NCBI GenBank assembly: GCA_964406095.1
Contig: CAYOQJ010000079.1
Location: forward strand, 5,944-69,943
Direction of reading: 5' to 3'
DNA from: an uncultured Lentisphaeraceae bacterium
GTDB lineage: Bacteria > Verrucomicrobiota > Kiritimatiellia > RFP12 > UBA1067
DNA length: 64,000 bases
In this document: one piece after another, positions 1 to 9,900 of the stretch
How positions within the stretch are numbered: position 1 is the stretch's first letter
Layout of the letters: each line of letters begins with the position of its first letter
Position numbers and translations under genes: made by a program
The notes under the pieces: model-generated
Database searches by the model: none
What the model was told of the DNA's origin: nothing
The model's input: only the letters and a program-made list of their open reading frames with translations

Positions 1-30
1 GACCGCCATCCGCAGGCTCTGTTTCATACG

Positions 31-2202
31 TTGCTGCTGGCCGGACGGCAGGGGGGCGCTGGTGAAAAAAGTGTGCAGGCTGTTGTGACGTTTTCCCGGC
101 ATGGATTTGTTCTAATTCTGTCGTTATTTCTGATTTACGGTTTGTTGCGGGCAATCTATCTGGAACGACCCGGACGGAATAACCCGTCAATCTTTGACAG
201 CGGCTTTCTGGTGGCTTCGACTGGTTTTGTTGGGCTGGCATTGAATGTTGTGCTGATGTTTCTTTTTCAGTCGCGCTTCGGGTCTATCTTCCTTTACATA
301 GGGCTTATTTCATCGCTTTTCATGCTTGGTCTTTTTTGCGGTGCCCTGCTGACGCGGAGGAAAAACAAATTGCCTCTGATATTGCCTTTGCATGTGTTGT
401 GTACGGCGGCAATCATTCTGCTGCCGGACGCTCTGCCTATGGTTGCATATTTTGCAGTGTTGTTTCTGTTCGGTCTGTTCAGCGGCGTCTATATTCCCGC
501 AACTGCGCGGTTGTTGCCGTCAACCGCTCTGCGTACAGGTTCGGCTGTGGAACTGTATGATCACTTTGGCGGCGCTGTCGGTGGCTTGCTGATCGGCATA
601 CTGTTTCTTCCCATATTTGGCATCACGCAGACTCTGTTTTTGCTTGCTGTGCTTCTCGCCATAAATATTTATCCGGTTCTTTTCGCTCCCGCAATTCGTA
701 AGGTACTTCCCGCTGTTTGTTACACCGATCGTTTACGTGCCGTCGGCTATATTCTCTTCGGAGTGTCGGCATTTTTTCTTATAAACTATCATGTAATGTC
801 GAGCAAAGATGATGCCAATGGTTCCGGTTACGAAGAGGCGGCTGAGATGCTGAAACAACAGGCGGCAGGGACAAGTATACGTATCTTCGATTCGCGGAAA
901 CAAGCACCTGGTATTTTTGGCTATGGAGGCCCGCTCTGGATGGCTGTGGCAATTGACGATGAAAATCATCTGACGGATTACAAAATTTACCAGCATCAGG
1001 AAACTCCGAGCTATCTGCGCATGACAGAACCATGGATGAAGCAGTTTATCGGAGATGACCTTTCCAGTCGCCAGTTGCAGGGTATCGACGCTGTGAGTGG
1101 CGCAACCCTCACCTGTAACGCATTTAAAAAGACTCTCATAACAGGTGCCGCGAGTTTTCAGGGAAAACAAAGTGCGCAGCCTCGTTCGATGCCGCTAACA
1201 GGTTACGCCTCCCTGTTGATTTTTGCACTGTTGTGTGCATCAGCCTTGTTTTTACGCAAAAAGGCAGGGAGCAGGGAACGTCGTTTGTTTCTGATCCTGG
1301 TTCTTCTGCTGATGGGTGTTCATTTGAACATGCAGTATTCGACCGATCATCTCTTGCGCTTGCTGGCACTGGAACTGCCTCCGTTGCGCTCCCTTGTGCC
1401 GTTTTTGCTGAGTGTGGCAGTGCCTCTGCTTGTTATGTTGTTTGGCAATATCTATTGTGGCTGGCTCTGTCCGTTTGGAGCATTGCAGGAGCTGGCTGGC
1501 TGTTGCATCCGCCGTACACCGGATAAAACAATCTGGCGGTATGCGAGGTTTGTTAAATATATTTTGCTGTCTGCTCTGGTGATCTTCTTCGGTTGCGGGG
1601 GGGGAGGTGAAATATATACAGCGGACCCGCTTGTTTCATTCTTCAGTTGCGCTCGTTCGACTGTGATTCTCTGTTTCGGGGTGGCTACGGTTGTACTGTC
1701 ACTGTTTTTCGGACGCTTCTGGTGTCGTAATATCTGTCCTGCAGGCGCATTTTTGTCACTGTTAAACCGTATCCGTTTGTTACGGCGCTGGATTCCGGAT
1801 GTGCCGTTTGCCCGCTGCGACTACGGCGTGACTCACAGAGATGAGCTTGACTGCATTTGTTGTGACCGCTGCCGCTATCAGGATAGTGCGCAATCTCGAA
1901 AATGCGCAAATACGCGAGTTGGAAAGATGAAATTATTCGCCCACTGTTCGCTTCGCGAGATCATTCTGCTGATTTCAGTGGTTGCAGTAGCTGCGCTGTG
2001 GTTGAGTCAGATGCGATACACTCAGGAAAAACGCGGTATTCTGAAAAATACATCGAAGGTTCTACCGATCACGGGAAAAGTCCGCAATGCAGATATGGAT
2101 ATTATACGTAACAAAATCCGACGCAGTGAACTGTCTGATCACGAGGCACTGTATTACGATAAGCTGGAAAACCTCCAAAACTCCGCCCGCAAGTCGGAGT
2201 AG
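31..2202 (+). CDS. NosR/NapH-like polyferredoxin-type membrane redox protein with periplasmic FMN-binding (flavinylation) domain; probably partial at the 5' end (frame open to window start)
   Basis: Many TM helices. The FMN_bind-type motif DAVSGATLT fits the Dxx[ST]GA[TS] ApbE flavinylation consensus. Two CX3CP motifs in TM helices (CGWLCPFG, CRNICPAG) as in NosR/NapH/MauN. Cys-rich C-terminus. No in-frame stop between position 1 and the TTG at 31. Confidence 0.6.
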   Translation: MLLAGRQGGAGEKSVQAVVTFSRHGFVLILSLFLIYGLLRAIYLERPGRNNPSIFDSGFLVASTGFVGLALNVVLMFLFQSRFGSIFLYIGLISSLFMLGLFCGALLTRRKNKLPLILPLHVLCTAAIILLPDALPMVAYFAVLFLFGLFSGVYIPATARLLPSTALRTGSAVELYDHFGGAVGGLLIGILFLPIFGITQTLFLLAVLLAINIYPVLFAPAIRKVLPAVCYTDRLRAVGYILFGVSAFFLINYHVMSSKDDANGSGYEEAAEMLKQQAAGTSIRIFDSRKQAPGIFGYGGPLWMAVAIDDENHLTDYKIYQHQETPSYLRMTEPWMKQFIGDDLSSRQLQGIDAVSGATLTCNAFKKTLITGAASFQGKQSAQPRSMPLTGYASLLIFALLCASALFLRKKAGSRERRLFLILVLLLMGVHLNMQYSTDHLLRLLALELPPLRSLVPFLLSVAVPLLVMLFGNIYCGWLCPFGALQELAGCCIRRTPDKTIWRYARFVKYILLSALVIFFGCGGGGEIYTADPLVSFFSCARSTVILCFGVATVVLSLFFGRFWCRNICPAGAFLSLLNRIRLLRRWIPDVPFARCDYGVTHRDELDCICCDRCRYQDSAQSRKCANTRVGKMKLFAHCSLREIILLISVVAVAALWLSQMRYTQEKRGILKNTSKVLPITGKVRNADMDIIRNKIRRSELSDHEALYYDKLENLQNSARKSE

Positions 2203-2364
2203 CCTCTCAGCGATTCTGTTGAACTGGCTGTAGAATCAGGTAACTCATGAATTGGGCGGTCATCGATGTATAACTCCCCAGTGTTGCCACCTGTTGCGAA
2301 CAGAGGTCAAGCATCGGGTCTGGCTGGCGTATAAAAATATTGCCTGTCACTAATTATTCTTGGA

Positions 2365-3123
2365 TTGTTCAGTGAAGAAGATATTGCGTGGTATCGGTGC
2401 AGAGTTGCGGAACTGGATGCGGGAAACTCCGCCGGGGTGATGCTCACTATGCCTGGCACGGCCTTCGGAGATATTGCTTTGGTGCCGGGGCCGTGGATGA
2501 AGCATCCGAAAGGTATCCGTGATGTCGAGGAGTGGTACGTATCGACTGCGATCAGGAAAGAGTACGTGCGGGCTATTTTTGAGCGACAATGCGAAATAGG
2601 CCTGAAGAATTTGGAGACTCTGATCGACCTGTTGGGTGATCGTGTGCTGGCGGTTTTTTTGACCGGGACGGATTTCGGCACGCAACGCGGGCTGTTCTTC
2701 GGCAGTGACGCCTATAGGGAACTTTTCAAACCCTATCATAAACGGGTGAATGACCTCATTCATGCACGATCGAGCTGGAAGACGTTCATCCATTCCTGTG
2801 GAGCGGTGTCAGAACTGATACCGGAGTTTATCGAAGTCGGTTTTGATATTCTTAATCCGGTTCAATGTTCGGCAACAGGCATGGATGCAAGGATGCTGAA
2901 GAGTGAGTTCGGGAATCAAATCACCTTCTGGGGTGGCGGATCAAACACGCAGCAGACGCTTCCCTTCGGCGGGCCCGAGGAGGTTTACCGTGAGTGCCGG
3001 GAGCGCATCGAGATTTTCGGCGAGGGTGGCGGCTTTGTCTTTAATGCCATTCACAATGTCCAGGCAACCACGCCTACCGAAAATATGCTGGCAATGTTCA
3101 GAGCCATCAGGGATAGCCATTAG
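2365..3123 (+). CDS. Uroporphyrinogen decarboxylase (URO-D)/MtaA-like family protein, N-terminally truncated (possible gene remnant)
   Basis: C-terminal region (GGGFVFNAIHNVQATTPTENMLA) matches the URO-D/methyltransferase family C-terminus. Only 252 aa against about 340 for the family. An in-frame stop at 2332 limits the N-terminus. TTG start. Confidence 0.45.
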   Translation: MFSEEDIAWYRCRVAELDAGNSAGVMLTMPGTAFGDIALVPGPWMKHPKGIRDVEEWYVSTAIRKEYVRAIFERQCEIGLKNLETLIDLLGDRVLAVFLTGTDFGTQRGLFFGSDAYRELFKPYHKRVNDLIHARSSWKTFIHSCGAVSELIPEFIEVGFDILNPVQCSATGMDARMLKSEFGNQITFWGGGSNTQQTLPFGGPEEVYRECRERIEIFGEGGGFVFNAIHNVQATTPTENMLAMFRAIRDSH

Positions 3124-3193
3124 CGGCAGAGTCAGTTGCGAAACTGGGAAAGTGAATATGAAATACTGAAACAATAAAAGCGAAAGGGATAAA

Positions 3194-5434
3194 ATGCTAA
3201 AGAGGACGAAAATTATTTTGATTGGTATGGTTGTGTTGGCGGCCAGCCTGCACGCTGTAGAATTACATGTTGCTATCGATGGGAATGACTCCAACCCTGG
3301 TACAATTTCGGCACCGCTACGCACAATTCAGCGTGGTGCGTCTCTTGCGCAGCCGGGTGATATTATCACGGTGCATGCGGGCGTTTATCGTGAGCGCATT
3401 AACCCGCCGCGCGGCGGCAATTCCGATACCAGACGCATTGTTTATCGGGCTGCACCAGGCGAGAAAGTCGAAATTAAAGGATCGGAGCCTGTTAAAGGCT
3501 GGGTTAAAATCGAGGGCGATGTCTGGCAAGTGACGATCCCCAACGCTTTCTTTGGCGAATTTAATCCTTACAATGACCTCATTGCCGGTGACTGGTTCAA
3601 ACCAAAAGGCCGAAAACATCATACAGGAGCCGTTTATTTAAACGGCGAATGGCTGGCGGAAGCGGCCAGCATGGAAAACCTTTTCTCCAAAGAAAGAGAT
3701 TCGGTATCAGCTTTAATAAAGGACGGCTGTTTGCTAAACGTGGCGTGGTTTCGTGTTGGCAGGGAAGGAAATGAGGTTCCCGCTATCCGCTATGCGGCAC
3801 AGGCTACCGTAAAGAATGCGCCATGTGTCGAGGGTGGTGAGTGCATCGGGTGGATCGAAGCAGGTGATTGGGTTCGCTATGACGACATCAATTTTGGCGA
3901 CGGGACAACGGATGTGAAAATTCGGGTAGCCTCGGCTACCGCAGGCGGTGTGATTGAACTTCGTTTGGATTCACCCGAAGGGGAGTTGCTCGGTAAATCG
4001 CTGGTGCCGAATACGGGAGGGTGGCAGTCATGGTCGTCGGCCGATGTCAAGATCAAACCGACTGCAGGTATCAAGAGACTTTGTATGTTGTTTAAAAACC
4101 CGCCATCGGTGGATTGCCAGGATAAGTTGTGGTGGGGTCAGGTTGACAAGGACAATACGACCATTATGGCGCAGTTCAAGGGAGTTGATCCTAACAAGGA
4201 ACTGGTAGAGATCAATGTCCGACGTACCATCTTTTATCCGGACAAGCCAGGCCGGAATTACATTACTGTGCGTGACTTCATTATGCGACATGCTGCTACG
4301 CCATGGGCACCGCCCACGGCTGAGCAGATCGGGTTGATCGGCACACATTGGAGTAAGGGGTGGATCATTGAAGGTAATACTGTCAGTCACTCAATCTGCT
4401 CGGGCATTTCTCTGGGCAAATATGGCGATGCGTTTGACAACACCTCGGATAATTCAGCAAAGGGTTATATTAAGACGATCGAACGTTCGTATGCTCATAC
4501 GATCCCGTGGACCAAGGAAAACATCGGCAACCATGTTGTCCGCAACAACCATATCTCGCATTGCGAACAGGCAGGAATTGTCGGAAGCCTCGGGTGTGCA
4601 TTCAGCACAGTCACCGACAACACCATCCATGATATCCATGTGCGTCGGCTCTTCGGGGGTGCCGAAATGGCAGGCATCAAGTTTCATGGCCCGATTGATG
4701 TTGAAATCAGTGGCAATCTTATCTTCAGAACGACCTTAGGACTATGGCTCGACTGGATGTCACAAGGGACACGCGTATCCCGGAATCTTCTTTACTCGAA
4801 TGCACGTGATGTACACGTAGAGGTCAATCATGGACCGTTCCTTTTTGACAACAATCTATTTTTGTCAGATGTTAATTTGATTGATGCTTCGGAAGGTGGC
4901 GCATACGTTTACAACCTGTTTGCCGGAAAAATTTTGAGTAGACCGCAGAGTCGTATTACGCCATATCATCCGGCGCACTGCACGAGCACGGCGGGTATGG
5001 CCAATATCGAAGGTGGCGACAATCGGTTTTACAACAATGTTTTCGTGAGGAAGAGCGGTATGAGTTGTTATGATCGGGCGGTCTTGCCGATATGGGCTGA
5101 CGGGAATATATTTTTCAAGGGTACGACACCATGTAAACAGGAATCTGCTCCAACTCTCTATCCGGAGGTCGACCCATCCGTCAAGGTGATCGAAGATGAT
5201 CAGGGCATACAAATCGATATCAAGCTTAATCGGAGCTGGTCTGGCGATGCTAAACGCAAGTTGATCACGAACGAGCTGTTGGGGACAACGAAGGTTTCAG
5301 GCTGCATGTATGAGAATCCTGATGGTTCGCCAATCATAGTTAACACCGACTTCTTAGGTGTGCGTCGGAGTGAAACTGATCCGATGGCTGGTCCCTTTGA
5401 AAAGGATATTTCGTCGAAAATAAAGGTCAGGTAA
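3194..5434 (+). CDS. Secreted right-handed parallel beta-helix (pectate-lyase fold) protein with an inserted CBM6/CBM35-like carbohydrate-binding module
   Basis: Signal peptide MLKRTKIILIGMVVLAASLHA. PbH1-type repeats (NNHISHCEQAGIVGS..., NLIFRTTLGLWLDW...). CBM6-like segment GDWVRYDDINFGDG...WQSWSSADV. Confidence 0.6.
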   Translation: MLKRTKIILIGMVVLAASLHAVELHVAIDGNDSNPGTISAPLRTIQRGASLAQPGDIITVHAGVYRERINPPRGGNSDTRRIVYRAAPGEKVEIKGSEPVKGWVKIEGDVWQVTIPNAFFGEFNPYNDLIAGDWFKPKGRKHHTGAVYLNGEWLAEAASMENLFSKERDSVSALIKDGCLLNVAWFRVGREGNEVPAIRYAAQATVKNAPCVEGGECIGWIEAGDWVRYDDINFGDGTTDVKIRVASATAGGVIELRLDSPEGELLGKSLVPNTGGWQSWSSADVKIKPTAGIKRLCMLFKNPPSVDCQDKLWWGQVDKDNTTIMAQFKGVDPNKELVEINVRRTIFYPDKPGRNYITVRDFIMRHAATPWAPPTAEQIGLIGTHWSKGWIIEGNTVSHSICSGISLGKYGDAFDNTSDNSAKGYIKTIERSYAHTIPWTKENIGNHVVRNNHISHCEQAGIVGSLGCAFSTVTDNTIHDIHVRRLFGGAEMAGIKFHGPIDVEISGNLIFRTTLGLWLDWMSQGTRVSRNLLYSNARDVHVEVNHGPFLFDNNLFLSDVNLIDASEGGAYVYNLFAGKILSRPQSRITPYHPAHCTSTAGMANIEGGDNRFYNNVFVRKSGMSCYDRAVLPIWADGNIFFKGTTPCKQESAPTLYPEVDPSVKVIEDDQGIQIDIKLNRSWSGDAKRKLITNELLGTTKVSGCMYENPDGSPIIVNTDFLGVRRSETDPMAGPFEKDISSKIKVR

Positions 5435-5435
5435 C

Positions 5436-6773
5436 GTGGGAAATGTTGAAATACTGAAGAAAGATGACTCTCAGGAGAGAAACTCCCGTTTTATTCTGCC
5501 TTGCCTTGTGGCAACGCTAGGCGGGTTGCTCTTCGGCTATGATACCGCAGTGATCTCTGGCGGCATCGGGTTTTTGAAGCAACACTTTGTGCTCACGGCC
5601 ACGCAGGAAGGCTGGGCGGCTTCCTCTGCTTTGTTTGGTTGCGTCCTAGGCGTTTGTGTCACAGGTTGGTTCAGCGACCGGTTCGGGCGTAAGAAGGCTT
5701 TGATCATTGCCGCGGTTCTGTTTTTGATTTCCGCCATTGGCTCCGCCCTTCCGCGGTCGCTCACTGAGTTCGTCGTTTATCGGGTACTGGGTGGCATCGG
5801 TGTGGGAGTTGCGTCGATGGTCTCTCCCATGTATATTGCCGAGATGGCCCCTGCTCGTCTGCGCGGACGGCTGGTATCCGTCAATCAGATCGCGATTGCC
5901 ACCGGCATGCTCATGGCCTATTTCGTTAACACTTTTATTGCGATCGGCCGGGCAGAGGCTTGGAATGTCGCGCATGGCTGGCGTTGGATGTTCGGCGCGG
6001 AGGCCTTGCCCTGCATCTGCTTTCTTGTTCTGCTCTTCTTTGTGCCGGAGAGTACGCGCTGGCTAAAGGGTCTGCATCGGGACAAGCACTCCACCTGGAA
6101 GACCGTACTCTCCGGCAGGATGCGCCGCCTGCTCGTGACCGGTGTCATTCTGGCCGTTATTCAGCAGGTGACGGGCATCAACGTCATTCTCTATTATGCG
6201 CCTAAAATCTTTCAGTCTTTGGGTGTCGAGGGCGATACTTCCATGATCAACACCACTATCATTGGCGGGTGCATGTTGCTCTTCACCCTAGTTGCAGTCG
6301 TGTGGGTCGACAAATGGGGACGTCGTCCTCTGCTTCTCTGGGCCTGCGCTGGCATGGCTTTTGCGCTTTTCGCCTTCAGTTATACCGCCTATATGCAGAT
6401 AGCAGGTGTGATCGGTCTGGTTCTGATCATTCTTTACATCGCGAGTTTTTCGATCGCTATGGGTCCCGTGGTCTGGGTTGTACTCTCTGAAATGTTTCCG
6501 AACAACATTCGGGGACGAGCCTTGTCCGTCGCGACCTTCGCGTTGTGGGTTTCAAATTATCTTGTATCGCAGACCTTTCCGATACTCAACGACAACGATT
6601 TTCTGGTCAAACATTTTCACCATGCTTTTCCCTTCTGGGTCTACGGCGGACTCTGCATCTTTTCATTCATCTTTGTTTGGAAATATATTCCTGAGACGAA
6701 GGGCAAAACGCTTGAAGAGATCGAACAGCGATTGCTTGATAAATCAAGTGTATTTTCAACTTTCGGGATGTAG
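5436..6773 (+). CDS. MFS transporter, sugar porter family
   Basis: 12-TM profile. Sugar-porter motifs GRKKALIIAAVLF, PESTRWL, PETKGKTLEEIE. GTG start directly after the upstream stop. Confidence 0.85.
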   Translation: MGNVEILKKDDSQERNSRFILPCLVATLGGLLFGYDTAVISGGIGFLKQHFVLTATQEGWAASSALFGCVLGVCVTGWFSDRFGRKKALIIAAVLFLISAIGSALPRSLTEFVVYRVLGGIGVGVASMVSPMYIAEMAPARLRGRLVSVNQIAIATGMLMAYFVNTFIAIGRAEAWNVAHGWRWMFGAEALPCICFLVLLFFVPESTRWLKGLHRDKHSTWKTVLSGRMRRLLVTGVILAVIQQVTGINVILYYAPKIFQSLGVEGDTSMINTTIIGGCMLLFTLVAVVWVDKWGRRPLLLWACAGMAFALFAFSYTAYMQIAGVIGLVLIILYIASFSIAMGPVVWVVLSEMFPNNIRGRALSVATFALWVSNYLVSQTFPILNDNDFLVKHFHHAFPFWVYGGLCIFSFIFVWKYIPETKGKTLEEIEQRLLDKSSVFSTFGM

Positions 6774-6938
6774 AGTTGCAAGCCTTTAAACTCTGATGAT
6801 AAAGAGGGGGCTCATGAAGATTTGGAAGAAATAAAATGTACACATGCTGTTAGGTATATGGCCGTATTGGCAGCGCTATTATGCGGAAAAGCTGCGTTTC
6901 TTTTGAGAATCAACAAAGTTGAAAAAAGTGAGGAAAAA

Positions 6939-9900
6939 ATGCAAAATAAAGGAAGAAAGAGATTTGTCTGGGTGACACTTTTGGGAGTTGGGATGACGTT
7001 TGCGTCGTGCCTTTTCGGAGGTGATGTTTTCTGGAGCGGAGCAACCAGTCAAAACTGGCATACGCCGTCGAACTGGAGTAGTGGGAGCGTGCCGACAAAT
7101 GGAGACACAGCGGTGATTGATCCCGCGCAGCAAGCTGTGACGCGTTGGGATTTTCAGTTGACGAATGACGCAGAAGTGGCGGGAATCCGCTTTACTAATC
7201 TGACGCAGACAGTGAGTGGTAGCGCATCAGGAAAATTTGCACTGTCGTTGGGAGATGAGGGCGTAAGTGTATCTGGCGCGGCTGTAACTCTGGCGTTGCC
7301 CTGCGTGGTAGCAGCACCGCAGGTGTGGGCCGTCACGACAGGAGCGGAACTGATCCATTCAGGAGAACTGAGGGGTTCAGCGAAAATTGCTAAAACAGGC
7401 GAAGGTCGAGCTTGGCTAATGGGCAAAAGCGTTTTTTCAGGGAGCTACCAAGTCAATGAGGGTGTATTGAAAGGCGTAAGCGAATACTCGATGCCTGTGG
7501 CAGATGGTCTAAATGTCTGGCTGGATGCTTCCGCCATAGCGACAATTATAACCAATAGTGCTGGAGCGATAACCGTCTGGTCAAACCGTGTCGGCACATC
7601 GGTGATGACGCCTGTTGACGGCGGAGGACCTCTGTGGGTCGCAAATGCTGTGAGAGGCAAGCCAGCGGCCCGTTTCAATTCAGCCGACAGCAACGGATTG
7701 GTTATGCACTCTGGTTATGCAAACAATACCAATGTTGTGACGGTTTTTGTGGTGACGCAACGACGTGGCAAACAAGGGGCGTCTTTTGCCGGAATTCTAT
7801 CTATCTTTAAAGATGGCGAAATGGATTATAACACATCGACCGGTACCGTTTTCTTTCGTTTTGGAAGTAACACCACACCCGCCTACACATTATTTTGTGA
7901 TCGCGATAATGTTACTAAAGCCGGGCAGATTCACGTTTCACGAGAAACGCCGGTATGCCTGATGGCACGATATGACGGGCAGTCGCTTGCATTGGTGCAG
8001 GACGGTGTCTTGCCCGGAAGCGTGAATACTCATGCTAAATTGACCCAGTCGTTTGATGCAGATCGGCTGATACTCGGCAACCGGCCGATGTCAAACTACG
8101 CTTACCCTTTTGATGGGGATGTGTCCGAGGTATTGATCTACAATCGTGTACTGACTGTAGCCGAAGAGCAGCAGGTGTTCGCTTACCTGCGTCAGAAATG
8201 GCAGAGGCCTGTTACACTCGAGACGGTGCTCAGTGAAGCATCGCTCTGGTTTGATGCAGCACAACCCGAGATGATCGTGACAAATACATTTGGAGGCGTT
8301 GTGGCTTGGTCGAATTTGGTTTCCGAAAGCACTCTCACACCTTTAACCAATGCGACTCCATTGTTCGTAAATCAGAGTGTGAACGGCTTGCCAGCTGTGC
8401 GCTTCGGCAAGGATTTGAACAACGGTCTTAAGACCACGGGAGGTTACTGGAACAGGGGGAAAGCGTTGACGGTTTTTGTGAGTCTGGTTCCGCATGCCAG
8501 TCAATCTAGGTATGCAGGTGTTGTTTCCGTGGTTGGCTTGGGAAACGATTATAACGCAGCAGCAAATGCTGTTGCTATTTATACATCAGATTTTATGCAG
8601 CGCAGATGGGGTGCTCACCGGCAGAACAATGTTCTGTCTGAGGCGATTTTAATTCCTGATCAGTCTTCTTTCTTGATGTCACATTTTGACGGAAGTGCAC
8701 ACAAATTCTCGCTGAACGGCACTGTGCTGGGGGCACCGGTTGTGAGTGATCAGACTTTTAATGCACAGGTTCTGTATTTAGGTACAAGATGCTATGAAAC
8801 TGCTGTTCCCCCCACATTCAATGGCGATATCCAGGAGGTGATTGTTTACAATCGAACTCTGTCGTCAGTTGAAGAGAATCTTATAAACGAGTACTTGGAC
8901 AAGAAATGGCGCAAGGTGGATGATCTTGACATACTATTGGCGGATGCCGCTGTTCATTTGGATGCCAGCGAGGCCATGTCGGTTGTCACCAATGCGGCTG
9001 GCCAAGTTGTCACTTGGTCAAATCTCACCTCTGATGCCGTGATGACCGTTCCGACCGAACACGGCTGCGTTGGACCACAGTGGGTTGCGGGTGCGATGAA
9101 TAATCGGCCTGTGATGCGCTTTGACAACTTGCAGACAAATGGCTTATTTATGCAATCAGGTTATACAAATATCGAGGCGGGTCTGACAGCTTTCGTCTTG
9201 TTGAGGCGTATGAACTTGATCACTTGGGCCGGCATTTTGTCGGCTTATAACGCATCCAAAATTAATGATTGGGGCAATACGGCAAGTGTGGTCCTTTTAC
9301 AAGCAGATGATAGCTCATACAAATACACATTGTACAGCCATCGAGTGAACCATCTGGGGTCTGTTGCGGATATTCCTTATAACGAACCTGTATGTCTGAT
9401 GTCGGCATTCGACGGGCTCAAGCACACTATTGCGGTGAATGGAGTCTCTGCATCGACGGCTGTGTCGAGCGGACTGTTTGATGCAAATCGCCTATGCTTG
9501 GGCGTACGCTGGTGTAATGGCACCATGCGGTATCATTTCTCAGGAGATATCGCTGAGGTTCTAGTCTACAACCGATCGCTTTCATCTGAAGAGACTGCTC
9601 GGATTAACGACCATATGCGCGAAAAGTGGCAACAGTCGCCCTCCGACACTTTGGAAGGTTTGTTAAGCAGTGCCCAGCTATGGCTGGACGCATCGGTGTC
9701 CGACACACTGACGACTAACGAGAGTGGGTTGGTCACGTTCTGGTCTAACCTCGTTGTAAACACGCCCGTCGCATTGATTCCACATGTGGGTGGGACTGGG
9801 CCTGCGATAATCGCGAATGGCATGAACGGAAAAACAGTGCTTCGCTTCAATAAGGATGCGGGTGCCACACAGGGGCTGATGGTGAGTCAGGGTTTCGCGC

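Noticed and set aside
6822-6938. Upstream start of the LamG-repeat protein
   Set aside because: The 39-aa extension has no signal peptide. The internal ATG at 6939 has a GAGGA RBS and a signal-peptide-like N-terminus.
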